DNA from: a virus
Strand: one strand, 5' to 3'
Virus record (IMG/VR): IMGVR_UViG_3300020029_000008
Span: 1-6,145 of that record
DNA length: 6,145 nt
Shown: positions 5,735 to 6,145 of the stretch, piece after piece
How positions within the stretch are numbered: the stretch's first letter is position 1
How the letters are laid out: each line of letters opens with the position of its first letter
Position numbers and translations under genes: made by a program
The notes under the pieces: model-generated
The model's input: the letters and a program-made list of their open reading frames with translations, nothing else
Databases searched by the model: none
Told to the model about the DNA's origin: nothing

Positions 5735-6058
5735 TTAGTGCCCTTTCCCTTCTTCTTCCGACGTGCTTTCATCGTGGGTCAAATCAGCATTAAACATAAG
5801 AACAAGTGTATTCTCGAAAAAGTCAATCGAGAAATCAGGGTACGTAGATAGGGCCTCTACAAGACTAGGAATACGACAATGATCGATATAAGGCAAAGCA
5901 GAAATAGTAGAATGCTCTACATGATCAGAAATAGGAGTAAGAGCAAGAGCGTCAAGAGAAAGAGGCTCAAACTGCCCGTCTTTGATATAACCTACCTGTA
6001 CTAAATCAATCTTGATAGCAGGATTAACGCGGCGGATAACAACGTGAAAGTGTTTCAT
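5735..6058 (-). CDS. Acidic hypothetical protein of 107 aa with no family recognised. It is the second gene of the accessory cassette.
   Basis: ATG at 6058..6056 and TAA at 5737..5735. It starts 23 nt after the 101-aa stop in circular coordinates (34 versus 58). It has an acidic C-terminal tail (THDESTSEEEGKGH) and is followed by the terminator-like hairpin. Confidence 0.6.
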   Translation of the reverse strand: MKHFHVVIRRVNPAIKIDLVQVGYIKDGQFEPLSLDALALTPISDHVEHSTISALPYIDHCRIPSLVEALSTYPDFSIDFFENTLVLMFNADLTHDESTSEEEGKGH

Positions 6059-6145
6059 AATAGTATAATTTAATGTTTTATTTAGAGCTCATTGTAAAAG
6101 CGACTCCATGCGTCTGAATGCTTAACCCAGAAGTCATAACCCTCA
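6025..6145. repeat. Terminal direct repeat, copy 2, identical to 1..121.
   Basis: Same comparison as for copy 1. It contains redundant copies of the 107-aa ORF 5' end and the 101-aa ORF 3' end (6082..6145 corresponds to 58..121). Confidence 0.9.

Overview
The window is one complete circular ssDNA phage genome of the family Microviridae, linearised with a terminal overlap. Bases 1..121 are identical to 6025..6145, so the unit genome is 6,024 nt. All credible genes lie on the minus strand, which fits a microvirus whose packaged strand has mRNA sense. Three hallmark genes are recognisable from their proteins. The major capsid protein VP1/F-like is 599 aa at 2542..4341. The HUH rolling-circle replication initiator VP4/A-like is 356 aa at 4345..5415, with motifs FITITI, HFHGF and YCVKYVTK. 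The minor capsid/DNA-pilot protein VP2/H-like is 457 aa at 436..1809. Six small ORFs fill the rest: an acidic 98-aa possible scaffold, a 67-aa Arg/Cys/His-rich protein, a 63-aa predicted lipoprotein, and unknowns of 101, 107 and 66-75 aa. The genes are tightly packed, with junctions of 1-12 nt and one TGATG overlap. No start codon has a Shine-Dalgarno motif upstream. One intergenic region carries TTTG-N19-TAAATTTG, the Bacteroides-type promoter consensus, which suggests a Bacteroidota host. A strong hairpin followed by a T-tract at 5653..5691 looks like an intrinsic terminator. No integrase, tRNA, CRISPR array or recognisable lysis enzyme is visible. The items most worth follow-up are the small lipoprotein, the basic GC-rich ORF, and the promoter-to-terminator two-gene cassette of unknown function. 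Subfamily assignment cannot be made from the sequence by eye.
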